From an uncultured Hyphomicrobiales bacterium (lineage in GTDB: Bacteria > Pseudomonadota > Alphaproteobacteria > Reyranellales > JAQSWP01), in assembly GCA_964388115.1 (NCBI GenBank), contig CAYLYK010000002.1, positions 133,362 to 197,361 of the forward strand: 64,000 nt of DNA, given 5' to 3'. Shown piece after piece: positions 28,583-38,777 of the stretch. The stretch's first letter is position 1. Each line of letters opens with the position of its first letter. The position numbers were made by a program, and so were the translations under genes. A model generated the notes under the pieces. That model was not told the origin of the DNA and made no database searches. It worked only from the letters and a program-made list of their open reading frames with translations.

Positions 28583-29674
28583 ATGACCTCAAACACAGTC
28601 CTTATCGCCGGCGCCAGCGGCTTGATCGGCCGCGCCGCGATCGAGCATTTCGCCGGTCAGAAAGACTGGCGCGTCATCGCCCTGTCGCGTCGTGCACCGG
28701 AAGTCGCCGTGACGGTCGAGCATCTGGCGGTCGACCTGATGGACGGCAACGCCGTCGCGGCGCTGGCGCCGCAGCTGGCGGGCGTGACGCATCTGGTCTA
28801 TGCGGCACTGATGGAAAAGCCGGGTCTCGTCCGTGGCTGGCGCGATCACGAACAGATGGACGCCAACATCGCCATGCTGCGCCATTTGTTCGAGCCGCTG
28901 GCCGAGCATGCCAAAGGTTTGCGCCATGTCAGCCTGTTCCAGGGCACCAAGGCCTATGGCGTGCATCTGCATCCGGTCCCGGTGCCGGCGCGCGAGAACG
29001 CGCCACGCGACCCGCACGAGAACTTCTATTGGCTGCAGGAAGATTATCTGCGCGACCGCCGTATCGGAGCCCCGTGGTCGTTCACGATCTGGCGGCCGCA
29101 GCTCGTCTTCGGCCACGCCAATGGCAGCCCGATGAACGTGCTGGCGGCGTTGGCCGCCTATGCCGTCGTCCGCCGCGAGCAAAACCTGCCCTTCTCCTGG
29201 CCTGGCGGCCAAAGCTATCCCAACGAAGCCATCGATGCCCGCCTGATCGCCCGCGCTCTGCATTGGGCAGCGCAAAGCGACAAGGCGGCCGACCAGATCT
29301 TCAACATCACGAATGGCGACGTCTTCGACTGGCCGTCGCTGTGGCCGGAACTGGCGCAGATATTCGGCATGGATGTCGGCGCACCCGAACCGCAGCTCCT
29401 GGCCGAAACCCTGCCGCTCCACGAGACACTCTGGCGGCGCAGCCTGCGTCGGCACGGCTTGCGCGACATCGGACTGACCGAATTCACCGGCGACTCGCTG
29501 CAGTACGCCGACTTCCTCTTCGCTTCGCATGCGAAGCGGCCGCCGCCGCCGGTTCTGGTCAGCACCATCAAGCTGCGACAAGCGGGCTTTTCGGACTGCA
29601 TCGACACGGTCGAGATGCTGCGCCAGCTGGTCGACGACATGCGCCGGCGCGGCTACCTGCCCTCCAAGCTCTAG
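28583..29674 (+). CDS. Atypical SDR, PRISE/progesterone 5-beta-reductase-like
   Basis: GASGLIG, SRR, QGTKAY, NFYW..ED, WRP, FNITNGD motifs. Confidence 0.8.
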   Translation: MTSNTVLIAGASGLIGRAAIEHFAGQKDWRVIALSRRAPEVAVTVEHLAVDLMDGNAVAALAPQLAGVTHLVYAALMEKPGLVRGWRDHEQMDANIAMLRHLFEPLAEHAKGLRHVSLFQGTKAYGVHLHPVPVPARENAPRDPHENFYWLQEDYLRDRRIGAPWSFTIWRPQLVFGHANGSPMNVLAALAAYAVVRREQNLPFSWPGGQSYPNEAIDARLIARALHWAAQSDKAADQIFNITNGDVFDWPSLWPELAQIFGMDVGAPEPQLLAETLPLHETLWRRSLRRHGLRDIGLTEFTGDSLQYADFLFASHAKRPPPPVLVSTIKLRQAGFSDCIDTVEMLRQLVDDMRRRGYLPSKL

Positions 29675-29736
29675 AAATCTCCATTAAATCAAGGGTCTCG
29701 CCGGCTCACCCTGAACGCTGCGGCCTCGATCCGGGG

Positions 29737-29764
29737 CTTGATTCCGCTTCCCAGATACCCACAT
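29737..29764 (+). promoter_or_regulatory. RpoH (sigma32)-type promoter
   Basis: CTTG-N17-CCCACAT upstream of a small heat-shock gene. Confidence 0.65.
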
Positions 29765-29769
29765 GCTTC

Positions 29770-29852
29770 TGGTGCCGGTGCTGTCTGCCGGTACGAGGGT
29801 GCCTTCGGGGCCCGTTTTTCTGCGCTTCGCTCGTTTCGAGGAGGATGCAATG
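29770..29852 (+). promoter_or_regulatory. ROSE-like RNA thermometer in sHSP 5' UTR
   Basis: Hairpin CTTC-G-CTCG/ttt/CGAG-GAGG (29825-29844) sequesters the SD with the bulged G of a U(U/C)GCU motif; extra upstream hairpins. Confidence 0.75.
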
Positions 29853-30311
29853 TCGCGTCTGTCGCTGTTCAACAGCCCGCTTATGCTGGGCTTCGATCAT
29901 TTCGAGCGGACGCTCGAGCGGATCGCCAAGAGCGGCGACGGCTATCCCCCTTACAACATCGAACGCGTTGGCGAGAACGGCTTGCGCATCACGCTGGCCG
30001 TCGCAGGCTTTGCGGCCGAGGATCTGACCATCGAGCTGGTTGAAAATCAGCTCGTGGTGCGCGGTCGCCAGGAGGACGATCCCGAGCGCGTGTATTTGCA
30101 TCGCGGCATCGCCGCGCGGCAATTCCAGCGTGGGTTCATGCTGGCCGAAGGTATCGAGGTCAAAGGCGCGCGGCTGGACAACGGCCTGCTGCATGTCGAG
30201 CTCGAACGCCCGCCGCAGGAACTACGGGTGCGCAATATCGCCATTCAGACCGGCGGCGAAAAAACGGGTCAAACCATCGACCTGAAAGCGGAGAAGCCGG
30301 CGCGCGAGTAG
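29850..30311 (+). CDS. ibpA: Small heat shock protein (Hsp20/IbpA family)
   Basis: GFDHFER, YPPYNIE, LAVAGF, YLHRGIAARQFQRGF, NGLL. Confidence 0.92.
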   Translation: MSRLSLFNSPLMLGFDHFERTLERIAKSGDGYPPYNIERVGENGLRITLAVAGFAAEDLTIELVENQLVVRGRQEDDPERVYLHRGIAARQFQRGFMLAEGIEVKGARLDNGLLHVELERPPQELRVRNIAIQTGGEKTGQTIDLKAEKPARE

Positions 30312-30379
30312 CGCGGTCGAGAAGTCGTGAAGGGACGCGTCAATGCGTCGGTGCGTAGAGTAAGTTAGTGAGGTTCAAA

Positions 30380-30598
30380 ATGCCCGCAGCAATCAATCTT
30401 CGTTCGCTCGACAGCCAGCAGCTCGCCGGTTTCGGGCTTGAACAACTGGCCTACATCAAGAAGGTGCAGCTCGCCGAGGGCCTGACCGGCTTCGGCATCT
30501 TCAGCGCCGATGGCCGTCCCGTGGCGGTGGCCGAAACCATGGAAATGGCGCAGGCCGTGATCCGGCAAAACGAACTGGAACCGGTTCACATCAACTAG
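30380..30598 (+). CDS. DUF1150 family protein
   Basis: LAYIKKV...SADGRPVAV; typical partner of alphaproteobacterial Hsp20. Confidence 0.8.
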   Translation: MPAAINLRSLDSQQLAGFGLEQLAYIKKVQLAEGLTGFGIFSADGRPVAVAETMEMAQAVIRQNELEPVHIN

Positions 30599-30629
30599 AA
30601 ACGGTGCGATCCGCGCCGCCTTTGGGCAA

Positions 30630-31097
30630 TCAGGCAGCGTGGGTCGCAGCGTTGCCCTCGGTCAGAAGGATGTAAAGCGCGTCGGCGGTATCGGTCTTGC
30701 GCAGCTTTTCGCACATGGACTGATCGCGCAGCAGGCGGGAGACGCGCGCCAAAGCCTTGAGATGATCCGCCCCCGCCGTTTCCGGCGCCAGCAGCAGGAA
30801 AATAAGATCCACCGGACGCTCGTCGATCGCTTCGAAATCGATCGGCGTCGACAGTCGCGCGAACACGCCATGCAACTTCTTCAGGCCGGCGAGCTTGCCA
30901 TGCGGGATTGCAATGCCGTTGCCGACGCCGGTGGTGCCAAGACGCTCGCGCTCCAGCAGCACATCGAAGATCTGCCGCTCGTGCAGGCCGGTAATCGTGG
31001 CGGCGCGCTCGGCCAACTCCTGCAGCGCCTGCTTCTTGCTGGCGGCGCGCAAATCGGCGATGACCGAGTCCGGCCCGATGAGATCGGCGATTTCCAT
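30630..31097 (-). CDS. ptsN: PTS IIA(Ntr)
   Basis: RERLGTTGVGNGIAIPHG, DERPVDL, HLKALARVSR. Confidence 0.95.
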   Translation of the reverse strand: MEIADLIGPDSVIADLRAASKKQALQELAERAATITGLHERQIFDVLLERERLGTTGVGNGIAIPHGKLAGLKKLHGVFARLSTPIDFEAIDERPVDLIFLLLAPETAGADHLKALARVSRLLRDQSMCEKLRKTDTADALYILLTEGNAATHAA

Positions 31098-31119
31098 ATG
31101 TGCCTTCCGACCGGGATGT

Positions 31120-31707
31120 TCAGCCGTTGAGATTTTTGGGATCGACCCAGCCGATGTTTCCATCGGCGCGGCGGTAGACCATGTTCAACCCGCCATGGGC
31201 GCTGTTGCGGAACATCATTGCCGCATCCCCCGTAAGATCGAGCCGCATCACCGCCTCGCCCACCGTCAAGGTGTGGAGGCGGGTCTGCATCTCCGCAACC
31301 ACAACCGGGTCGAGCCGATCGGGTTCCTGATGGTTGTCGACCACTTCCTCGGGCTCGCCGCGCAGGACGAATTGCTGCGCGGCAATGCTCTCGATCTCAC
31401 TGGCCTGGCCGGCATTGTGGTCGCGCAGACGGCGCTTGTAGCGACGCAGCCGCTTGCCAATGCGCTCCAGAGCGCGATCGAAGCAAATGTAGGCGTCGTC
31501 GCCGGTGGCTTCCGACTGCATGAAGATGCCGCGTCGTGCATGGACCTGGATGTCGCAACGCATCATGTGGGCTTCGCGCGAGAACTGCACGGAGCCGTCC
31601 AAGGCATGATCGAAGTATTTGCCGACAGTGCTTTCCAGAGCGGCGCCAACATGGCCCTGCAAAGCCTCGCCGATATCGATCTGCTTGCCGCTAATCGAGA
31701 GTTTCAT
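31120..31707 (-). CDS. hpf: Ribosome hibernation promoting factor (long HPF/RaiA)
   Basis: GKQIDIGEAL, KRLRRYKRRL, C-terminal LTVGEAVMRLDL, VYRRADGNIGW. Confidence 0.93.
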   Translation of the reverse strand: MKLSISGKQIDIGEALQGHVGAALESTVGKYFDHALDGSVQFSREAHMMRCDIQVHARRGIFMQSEATGDDAYICFDRALERIGKRLRRYKRRLRDHNAGQASEIESIAAQQFVLRGEPEEVVDNHQEPDRLDPVVVAEMQTRLHTLTVGEAVMRLDLTGDAAMMFRNSAHGGLNMVYRRADGNIGWVDPKNLNG

Positions 31708-31800
31708 CAACAAAACCAGATGCTTATCGCGGGTAAAACCATCGGGCCAAAGACCGGCCGCTCGATGAGGTGCGGACCATAGTGACGCATCCTCCCCGAG

Positions 31801-33354
31801 TCAAGAATGGCCCAGATCGACTTCTCCTGCAGATAGGGCGCGTTCGGCGGGGCGCAATCCCGTTGGGGTCTGCTGCCGGTCGGCCATGACCTGCAGCGCC
31901 TTGTCGCGCCGACGCTGCGCTGACGACGGGATGCCCAGCGCATCGCGGTACTTTGCGACCGTGCGGCGGGCGATCACAACGCCCTCGCCATGCAGCAGCG
32001 TGACGATGCGGTCGTCCGACAGCGTGCTGGTGGGCGGCTCGCCTTCGATCAGAAGCCGAATGCGATCGCGCACCGCTTCTGACGTCACCGAATCGCCGGA
32101 AGCGGCCACCGCCGGCAGCGCCGAGGTGAAGAAGTACTTCAGTTCGAAAATGCCGCGTGGCGTCGCCATGAACTTGTTGGTGGTCACGCGACTGATCGTG
32201 CTTTCGTGCAATTCGACCGCAACGGCGATGTCGCGCAGCACCAGCGGACGAAGGCCCGACACGCCGCGACGGAAAAAACCCTCCTGCTGGCGCACGATCT
32301 CGCGCGCCACGCGCAGGATGGTGTTGGCGCGCTGGTCGAGCGCTTTCACCAGCCAGGAAGCGATCTGCAGTTTCTCGGTGATGAATTCGCGGGCGTTCTT
32401 GTCGCGTGTGCCGCGCACCAAGGTGGCGTGATACTGGCGATTGACCAGCACCCGCGGCAACGCATCGTTGTTGAGCTCGATCAGCCAGGAACCGTCGGGC
32501 GCCGGCCGCAAATAGAGATCGGGCACCAGCGTCTGCGCCACCGGAGCCTCGAAGCGTTCGCCAGGCTTGGGATCGAGCTGGCGCAACTCCGCCAGCATCT
32601 GCGTCAGGTCCTCGGCGTCGACGCCGCAACGGCGCATCAGCACAGCGAAGCCGCGCCGCGCCACCAGGTCGAGATTGTCGAGCAGCGCCTGCATTGCGGG
32701 ATCGAGGCGGTTCCGCTCGGCCAGCTGCAAGCCCAGACATTCCGACAGCGAACGGGCGAAAATCCCCGGCGGGTCGAAACGCTGCAGCCGCTGCAGAACG
32801 GCCGTCACTTCGGCAGCAGTTACGCCGATGCGCTGCGCCACCTCGTCAATATCCACCTCGATATAGCCCGCGGCGTCGACCATGCCCGCCAGGCTGACCG
32901 CGATCAGCCGCTGCGCCGGATCGGCAAACTCGAGCCCGATTTGCGCCAGGATGTGCTGGCGCAAGGTTTGCTCCTCGCCGATCGCCTGCAACGGATCGAA
33001 GTCCTCGCCATCGGCGCGACCGCCGCTGCCGAACTCAATGCTGTCGCCCGCCAGGGCCGCGGAAGAGGCCGAATCCTCGCCGCGCGGATCAAACACGTCG
33101 GCGCTTTCCTCGCGATCGTCGCCAGCGGACGTCGCCGGCGGCGCGGCCAGCGCCACTTCGATCTCGGGCGTTTCGACATCGGGCTCGCCGCTCTCTTCGG
33201 CGGTGGCGAGCAATGGATTCTGCTCCAGCTCCGCCTCGATGAAGCGCGCCAGTTCGAGCTGGTTGAGCTGCAGCAGCTTGATCGCCTGCTGCAGCTGCGG
33301 CGTCATCACCAGCGCCTGGCGTTGCCCAAGGATGAGTTTCGGCGCCAGGCTCAT
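31801..33354 (-). CDS. rpoN: RNA polymerase sigma-54 factor
   Basis: MTPQLQQAIKLLQL, HESTISR, RpoN box ARRTVAKYR. Confidence 0.97.
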   Translation of the reverse strand: MSLAPKLILGQRQALVMTPQLQQAIKLLQLNQLELARFIEAELEQNPLLATAEESGEPDVETPEIEVALAAPPATSAGDDREESADVFDPRGEDSASSAALAGDSIEFGSGGRADGEDFDPLQAIGEEQTLRQHILAQIGLEFADPAQRLIAVSLAGMVDAAGYIEVDIDEVAQRIGVTAAEVTAVLQRLQRFDPPGIFARSLSECLGLQLAERNRLDPAMQALLDNLDLVARRGFAVLMRRCGVDAEDLTQMLAELRQLDPKPGERFEAPVAQTLVPDLYLRPAPDGSWLIELNNDALPRVLVNRQYHATLVRGTRDKNAREFITEKLQIASWLVKALDQRANTILRVAREIVRQQEGFFRRGVSGLRPLVLRDIAVAVELHESTISRVTTNKFMATPRGIFELKYFFTSALPAVAASGDSVTSEAVRDRIRLLIEGEPPTSTLSDDRIVTLLHGEGVVIARRTVAKYRDALGIPSSAQRRRDKALQVMADRQQTPTGLRPAERALSAGEVDLGHS

Positions 33355-33359
33355 TGCGG

Positions 33360-34142
33360 CTACAGCGTGAACTGCTCGCCGAGATAGACGCGGCGGACGT
33401 CGGCGTTGGCGACGATCTCCGCCGGCGCGCCTTCGGTAAGCACCGCGCCTTCATGGAGAATGTAGGCGCGGTCGATGATGTCGAGCGTCTCGCGAACTTT
33501 GTGGTCGGTGATCAGCACGCCGATGCCGCGATCCTTCAGATGCGACACCAGGTTGCGGATGTCGTTGACGGCGATCGGGTCGATGCCGGCCAGCGGCTCG
33601 TCGAGCAGAATGAATTCCGGCCGCGCCGCCAGCGCTCTTGCGATCTCGACACGGCGTCGTTCGCCGCCCGACAGCGCCATGGCCGGCGTGTCGCGCAAGC
33701 CGTCGATGCGAAATTCGGCCAGCAGCGCGTCGACCAGCCGCTCGCGCTCGGACTTGTCCGGCTCGACCAGCTCGAGCACGGCGCGCAGATTGTCGGCCAC
33801 CGTCATGCCGCGAAACACCGAGGATTCCTGCGGCAGATAACCGACGCCCATCTGGGCGCGCTTGTACATCGGCAGATGGGTGATGTCCTGGCCATCGAGC
33901 AGGATCTGCCCTTGCTCGGCGGCAATCAGGCCGGTGATGATGTAGAAGCAGGTCGTCTTGCCCGCGCCGTTCGGGCCCAGCAGGCCAACCGCTTCGCCGC
34001 GCCGCACCGACAGCGACACGCCGCGCAATGTCTTGCGCTTGTTGTAGGTCTTTTCGAGATCGTGGACCACCAGGCCGGTGCCATCCGGCTCGTGCTGGGC
34101 GCCGCCATTGACGCCATTCGACTTGCGCCCGAACAATGCCAT
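33360..34142 (-). CDS. lptB: LPS export ABC transporter ATPase
   Basis: GPNGAGKTT, YLPQE, LSGGERRRVEIARA, LITDH. Confidence 0.96.
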   Translation of the reverse strand: MALFGRKSNGVNGGAQHEPDGTGLVVHDLEKTYNKRKTLRGVSLSVRRGEAVGLLGPNGAGKTTCFYIITGLIAAEQGQILLDGQDITHLPMYKRAQMGVGYLPQESSVFRGMTVADNLRAVLELVEPDKSERERLVDALLAEFRIDGLRDTPAMALSGGERRRVEIARALAARPEFILLDEPLAGIDPIAVNDIRNLVSHLKDRGIGVLITDHKVRETLDIIDRAYILHEGAVLTEGAPAEIVANADVRRVYLGEQFTL

Positions 34143-34144
34143 CG

Positions 34145-35017
34145 TCAGCGACCTTTCGGCTTGTCGGCCGGAGCGGGCCCTGCATTGACGCCGTCGGGCG
34201 TGATGGTGCCGGTGACGCGGCCGCTGCCGGGAGCGCCCGGCGTCGCCGCACCCGGCAGCATGCGATAGATTCCGGTCCTCATGTTGACCTCGGCGCGCTC
34301 GCCGTTGAGGCGGTCGCTGCCGCGAACGACCTGCACGCCGCCAGTCAGCTGCGCCTGCTTGGTGTTGGGATCATAGGTGGCGCGCGCCGCCTTCGCCGTA
34401 TTGTCCTTGTTGACGATCTCGACATTGCCGATCGCCTCGACCTGAGCCAGTTCCCGGCGGGTGCGCGCGGGATTGTCGGCGCGCGGCCGGTCCTCGAAAT
34501 AGCCGACCAGCATGTCGGACTTTATCGTGTCGTCCTCGCGCACCGCGACCGCGTCGCCGCGCGCGACGGCGGTGCGTTGCACTTCCCAGTATTCCAGGCT
34601 GTCGCGCGCGGTGATCTTGGTGCTGCCGGAGACGTAGGACAGATCCTTGCCGTTCATGGTCAGCACCTTGCGGTCGACGTCGTAGACCGCGCGATCGCCC
34701 TGGGCGACATCGTCGCCGTTCTTCAGCGTCACCGCCCCGACAGCTTCGACGCGGTAGATTTCCGACTTGCCGCCTTCCTTCTCGCGGTAATGCGCTGTCA
34801 AGGTGGCGGCGCGCATGGAGAAGTCGCCGCGCTTGACCTGGGCGTTGCCGCGCGCGACGTAGATCTTCTTGTCCTTCTGCCATTCGATGCCGTTATCCGC
34901 CGTCACTTCCATCTGGCGGCCGCCGGAACCGGGCGTCGTGGCGGCCTGCTGTCCCCATGCCGGCGACAGAGCCAGGCTGGCGCCGAACAGCAGAATTGCG
35001 AACAGAGACCGCGTCAC
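34145..35017 (-). CDS. lptA: LptA/OstA family protein (two OstA-like domains)
   Basis: Signal peptide, repeated A.GNAQV / G.V units; between lptC and lptB. Confidence 0.85.
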   Translation of the reverse strand: MTRSLFAILLFGASLALSPAWGQQAATTPGSGGRQMEVTADNGIEWQKDKKIYVARGNAQVKRGDFSMRAATLTAHYREKEGGKSEIYRVEAVGAVTLKNGDDVAQGDRAVYDVDRKVLTMNGKDLSYVSGSTKITARDSLEYWEVQRTAVARGDAVAVREDDTIKSDMLVGYFEDRPRADNPARTRRELAQVEAIGNVEIVNKDNTAKAARATYDPNTKQAQLTGGVQVVRGSDRLNGERAEVNMRTGIYRMLPGAATPGAPGSGRVTGTITPDGVNAGPAPADKPKGR

Positions 35018-35703
35018 TGCGTTTCTCCCGACATGCCCGGCAACTGGCCCGCGTCATAGAGAACGAGATGCGCCTTGCCCGTGAACTCGATGGTGCGGCC
35101 GCGATCGGCGACGCGAAAGCCTTGCGAATTGACATGGCCCGCCGGACCCTGCCCTTCGACCGGCGCATCGCCCGTGGCAATGCCGGCGCGCAGATCGATC
35201 GCCGCCTTCTCCGTCGTCACCTGATAGCCGTCGTCGCGGAACAGCTCGACCTTGCCTTTGAGATCCAGCCATTGCTTCTTCTGGTCGTAGCGACCGGCTA
35301 CCGCCGACAGCGACATCCAGCTGCCCTGGGGCGTGGTCAGATCGCCCTTGGGCGAGGTGAGATCGAGCGCCGGATCGTCGGCCTGTTTCTGGATCGCCGC
35401 TTCGGCCGTGACGTTGAACAGCCGATCCTGGCCATCGGAGCCGGTGAAGCGCGGATTGTCCATGCGCATGTAGCTGGCCCCGGAAGGCGCCACCGGCACG
35501 GATGACAGCCGGAACGCACCGGCGCCGAACAGCAACGGCCAGACGAGCCCGATCACCACCGCCAACGTCGCAAGCGCGGGAAACCCGAGCCGCAGATAGG
35601 GCACGAAGGGCGCCAGGATCGAAACCCGCGGCGCAAGGCGGGGCCGCATCAGCACTCGATCAAGCCGTGCGCCTTCCTTGGCCGAGGGGGGTGGCTGCGC
35701 CAT
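35014..35703 (-). CDS. lptC: LPS export periplasmic protein LptC
   Basis: N-terminal TM, MDNPRFTG, A...A...LDL, L.G.V; operon position. Confidence 0.85.
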   Translation of the reverse strand: MAQPPPSAKEGARLDRVLMRPRLAPRVSILAPFVPYLRLGFPALATLAVVIGLVWPLLFGAGAFRLSSVPVAPSGASYMRMDNPRFTGSDGQDRLFNVTAEAAIQKQADDPALDLTSPKGDLTTPQGSWMSLSAVAGRYDQKKQWLDLKGKVELFRDDGYQVTTEKAAIDLRAGIATGDAPVEGQGPAGHVNSQGFRVADRGRTIEFTGKAHLVLYDAGQLPGMSGETQ

Positions 35704-36689
35704 CAGGCGACGCCCGCGCGCAGGCAATCGTGCAGATGCAGAATGCCCGCCAGCTTGCCATCGTCGACGACCAGCAGACTGGTGACAGGCCTGCCGTCAT
35801 TCATCAGCGCCATGGCCTCGGCCGCCAGCGCCTGCGGGCGAATGCTGCGCGGATTGCCTGTCATCAACTCGCGCGCCATGCGGCGCGGCAGATCGTCGGA
35901 CATGTGTCGGCGCAAATCGCCATCGGTGATGATGCCAAGCGGCTTGCCCATCTCGTCGACCACGCAAACGCACCCCAGCCGCTTGGCTGTCATTTCCAGG
36001 AGCGCCTCGCTCATCGGCGTCTGCGGCTTGCATAGGGGAATTTCCGCGCCCTTATGCATCAGATCCGACACGCGCTTCAGACGTTTGCCGAGCTTGCCGC
36101 CAGGGTGCAGAACCTGGAAATCGACCGACGTGAAGCCACGCCGCTCCAGCAGCGCCACCGCCAGCGCATCGCCCAGCGCCAGCATTGCCGTAGTCGATGT
36201 GGTCGGCGCGAGGCCCAGCGGGCAGGCTTCCGTCAGCGGCGGCAAGATCAAAGCGGCAGTCGACGCCTGCGCCAACGTGCTTTGCGCATTGCCGGTCATG
36301 CCGATCAGCGGAATCTTGAAACGGGCAGCATAGGCGATCAGATCGGCCAGCTCGGCAGTCTCGCCCGAGAACGACAGCGCCAGCACCGCATCGTTGCGAC
36401 CGATCATGCCGAGATCGCCATGGCTTGCTTCGCCTGGATGGACGTACTGCGCCGGCGTGCCGGTCGATGCCAGTGTCGCTGCGATCTTACGCGCCACGTG
36501 GCCGCTTTTGCCCATGCCGGTGACCACCACGCGACCCGATACCGCCTGCAGCAGATCGAGTGCGGCAACGAAGTGCTGGTCGAGAGAATCGAACAAGGCA
36601 TGCAAGGCCTGCGCGCCCAGCTCCAGCACACGACGCGCCGCGACGAGATCGGCACTGGCCGCCCCGGTATCCGGTCTTGCTTTTATCAT
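35703..36689 (-). CDS. kdsD: KpsF/GutQ arabinose-5-phosphate isomerase
   Basis: GMGKSGH, HPGEASHGDLG, APTTST, HPGGKLG, CBS pair. Confidence 0.95.
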   Translation of the reverse strand: MIKARPDTGAASADLVAARRVLELGAQALHALFDSLDQHFVAALDLLQAVSGRVVVTGMGKSGHVARKIAATLASTGTPAQYVHPGEASHGDLGMIGRNDAVLALSFSGETAELADLIAYAARFKIPLIGMTGNAQSTLAQASTAALILPPLTEACPLGLAPTTSTTAMLALGDALAVALLERRGFTSVDFQVLHPGGKLGKRLKRVSDLMHKGAEIPLCKPQTPMSEALLEMTAKRLGCVCVVDEMGKPLGIITDGDLRRHMSDDLPRRMARELMTGNPRSIRPQALAAEAMALMNDGRPVTSLLVVDDGKLAGILHLHDCLRAGVA

Positions 36690-36862
36690 GATGTGCTTAA
36701 GCCCGTGACCCGTCGCGAGAGGAACTGGCAGGCCCGAACCTGCCCCCAGCAAAATCCGCGCCAAATCCAGAAAAATCACTGAATTCGGGCAAATATGCGA
36801 CTCTGGCCGGCAAAAATCAATGAATCGGATCAGGGCGTTACGCTGCGGCGGGAAACCCGGGA

Positions 36863-37474
36863 TCAGTGGGAGAAAATGTCGATTTCCGGCCAGCCGTCGA
36901 GGTCCAGGCGGGCGCGGGAAGGCAGGAACCGGAAGCAGGCGGCCGCCAGATCGGTGCGGTGCTCGCGGGCCAGCATGTCGTCCAGCCGCCGCTTGAGGGC
37001 GTGCAGATGCAACACGTCGGACGCGGCATAGGTCAACTGCTCAGGCGTCAAGGTCGGCGCGCCCCAGTCGGAGGATTGCTGCTGCTTGGAAAGCTCGACG
37101 CCAAGCAGATCACGGCAGATGTCCTTGAGCCCATGTCGGTCGGTGAAGGTGCGCACCAGTCTGGACGCGATCTTGGTGCAATAGACCGGCGTGCAGTCGA
37201 TGCCGAGGTAGTGGCGGATCACTGCCAGGTCGAAGCGGGCGAAATGGAAGATCTTCAGCACCGACTGATCCTGCAGCAGGGCCTTCAGATTGGGCGCGTC
37301 GTAGCTGTCGGCGGCGAATTGCACGAGGTGGCAGTTGCCGTCGCCGGCGCTCAACTGGACGAGGCACAACCGGTCGCGATGGGGGTTAAGGCCCATGGTT
37401 TCCGAATCGATCGCCACGCTGTCGCCGAAGCGCAGGTCGGCGGGCAGATCGCCACGGTGAAGCGTTATGGCCAT
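36863..37474 (-). CDS. rnd: Ribonuclease D (short form)
   Basis: AIDSE, LCLVQL, HFARFD, CTKIAS, SKQQQSSDWG, YAASDV. Confidence 0.92.
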   Translation of the reverse strand: MAITLHRGDLPADLRFGDSVAIDSETMGLNPHRDRLCLVQLSAGDGNCHLVQFAADSYDAPNLKALLQDQSVLKIFHFARFDLAVIRHYLGIDCTPVYCTKIASRLVRTFTDRHGLKDICRDLLGVELSKQQQSSDWGAPTLTPEQLTYAASDVLHLHALKRRLDDMLAREHRTDLAAACFRFLPSRARLDLDGWPEIDIFSH

Positions 37475-37540
37475 GCCAACATCCTCTCATAAACGACGAC
37501 GGCCGGCGCGCTTTTTGAAGCGGCCGGCCGTCGTTTCGAA

Positions 37541-37625
<85 letters not shown>

Positions 37626-37823
37626 AATCCAGTGGCTCCGGCTTGTGGCCGGCGGTCGGGGGCGTTCGGTAAGCCCTCGGGCCAGACTTGTCAATACTTG
37701 CCGGCGTTTGGCGGGGTTTTCAGCCTCGCCATTGCGGCGAATGGCGTGCTTCTCAAGCGCGCCCGCATCGGCAATTATCCGGCCCATTGAAGGCAGTTGC
37801 CCAAGGCAGTCGGAGTTAGGGAA

Positions 37824-38777
37824 ATGAGCATCGCGCAGGTCACCGTCTTTGGCGGATCGGGCTTCATTGGCCGGCATATCGTGCGGCGCCTGGCGCAACG
37901 CGGCCTGCGGGTTCGCGCCGCGGTGCGCCGCCCGGAACTGGCCGATTTCCTGAAGCCCATGGGCGATGTCGGCCAGGTGGTGCCGGTGCAGGCCAATCTG
38001 CGCAACGCCCAATCGGTTGCTGCCGCCATTGCCGGCTCCCAGGCCGTGGTCAATGCCAGCGGCATTCAGGTACAGCGCGGTCGGCAGCGTTTCGACGCCG
38101 TGCATGTCGATGGCGTGCGGCACATTGCCGAAGCCGCAAAGCGCAGCGGCGTCGAGCGCATTGTTCATATCTCCGGCCTCGGCGCGGACGCCCAGGACGT
38201 GTCGGAGAACGCTTTCCAGCGCTCAAAGGTCGAGGGTGAAAAGGCGCTGCGAGCGGCGTTCCCCAACGCCACGATTCTGCGGCCCAGCGTGGTATTCGGC
38301 CCTGAAGACAGTTTCATCAACAACATGGCCGTCGCAACGCGGCTGTCGCCCTTCATGCCGGCGATCGGCGGCGACCACACCAAGTTCCAGCCGGTCTATG
38401 TCGGTGACGTCGCTGCCGCCGTGATGGCCTGCCTGGAGCAGCCCGAAACCGCAGGAGGCGTGTTCGAACTGGGCGGCCCCAAGGTTTACACCATGCGCCA
38501 GATCGCCCAGCTGATCCTCGACGCCATGGGACGCCAGCAGCGGATCGTGAACGTGCCGTTCTCCATGGCGCGGCTGATGGGCTTGGTCGGCCAGTTCCTG
38601 CCCAACCCGCCGCTGACTCTGGACCAGGCGATGCTGCTGGAGAGCGACAGCGTGGTACGCGCCGGTCGTCCAAGCTTTGCCGAACTCGGCCTGACACCCA
38701 CGGCGGCCGAAGTAATTTTACCCACCTATCTGGATCGTTTCCGCATTGGCGGCCGGTATAGCACCCACGCAGCCTGA
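37824..38777 (+). CDS. Complex I NDUFA9-like NAD(P)-binding protein
   Basis: VFGGSGFIGR, LKPMGDVGQVV, RPSVVFGPED, FQPVYVGDVA. Confidence 0.92.
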   Translation: MSIAQVTVFGGSGFIGRHIVRRLAQRGLRVRAAVRRPELADFLKPMGDVGQVVPVQANLRNAQSVAAAIAGSQAVVNASGIQVQRGRQRFDAVHVDGVRHIAEAAKRSGVERIVHISGLGADAQDVSENAFQRSKVEGEKALRAAFPNATILRPSVVFGPEDSFINNMAVATRLSPFMPAIGGDHTKFQPVYVGDVAAAVMACLEQPETAGGVFELGGPKVYTMRQIAQLILDAMGRQQRIVNVPFSMARLMGLVGQFLPNPPLTLDQAMLLESDSVVRAGRPSFAELGLTPTAAEVILPTYLDRFRIGGRYSTHAA

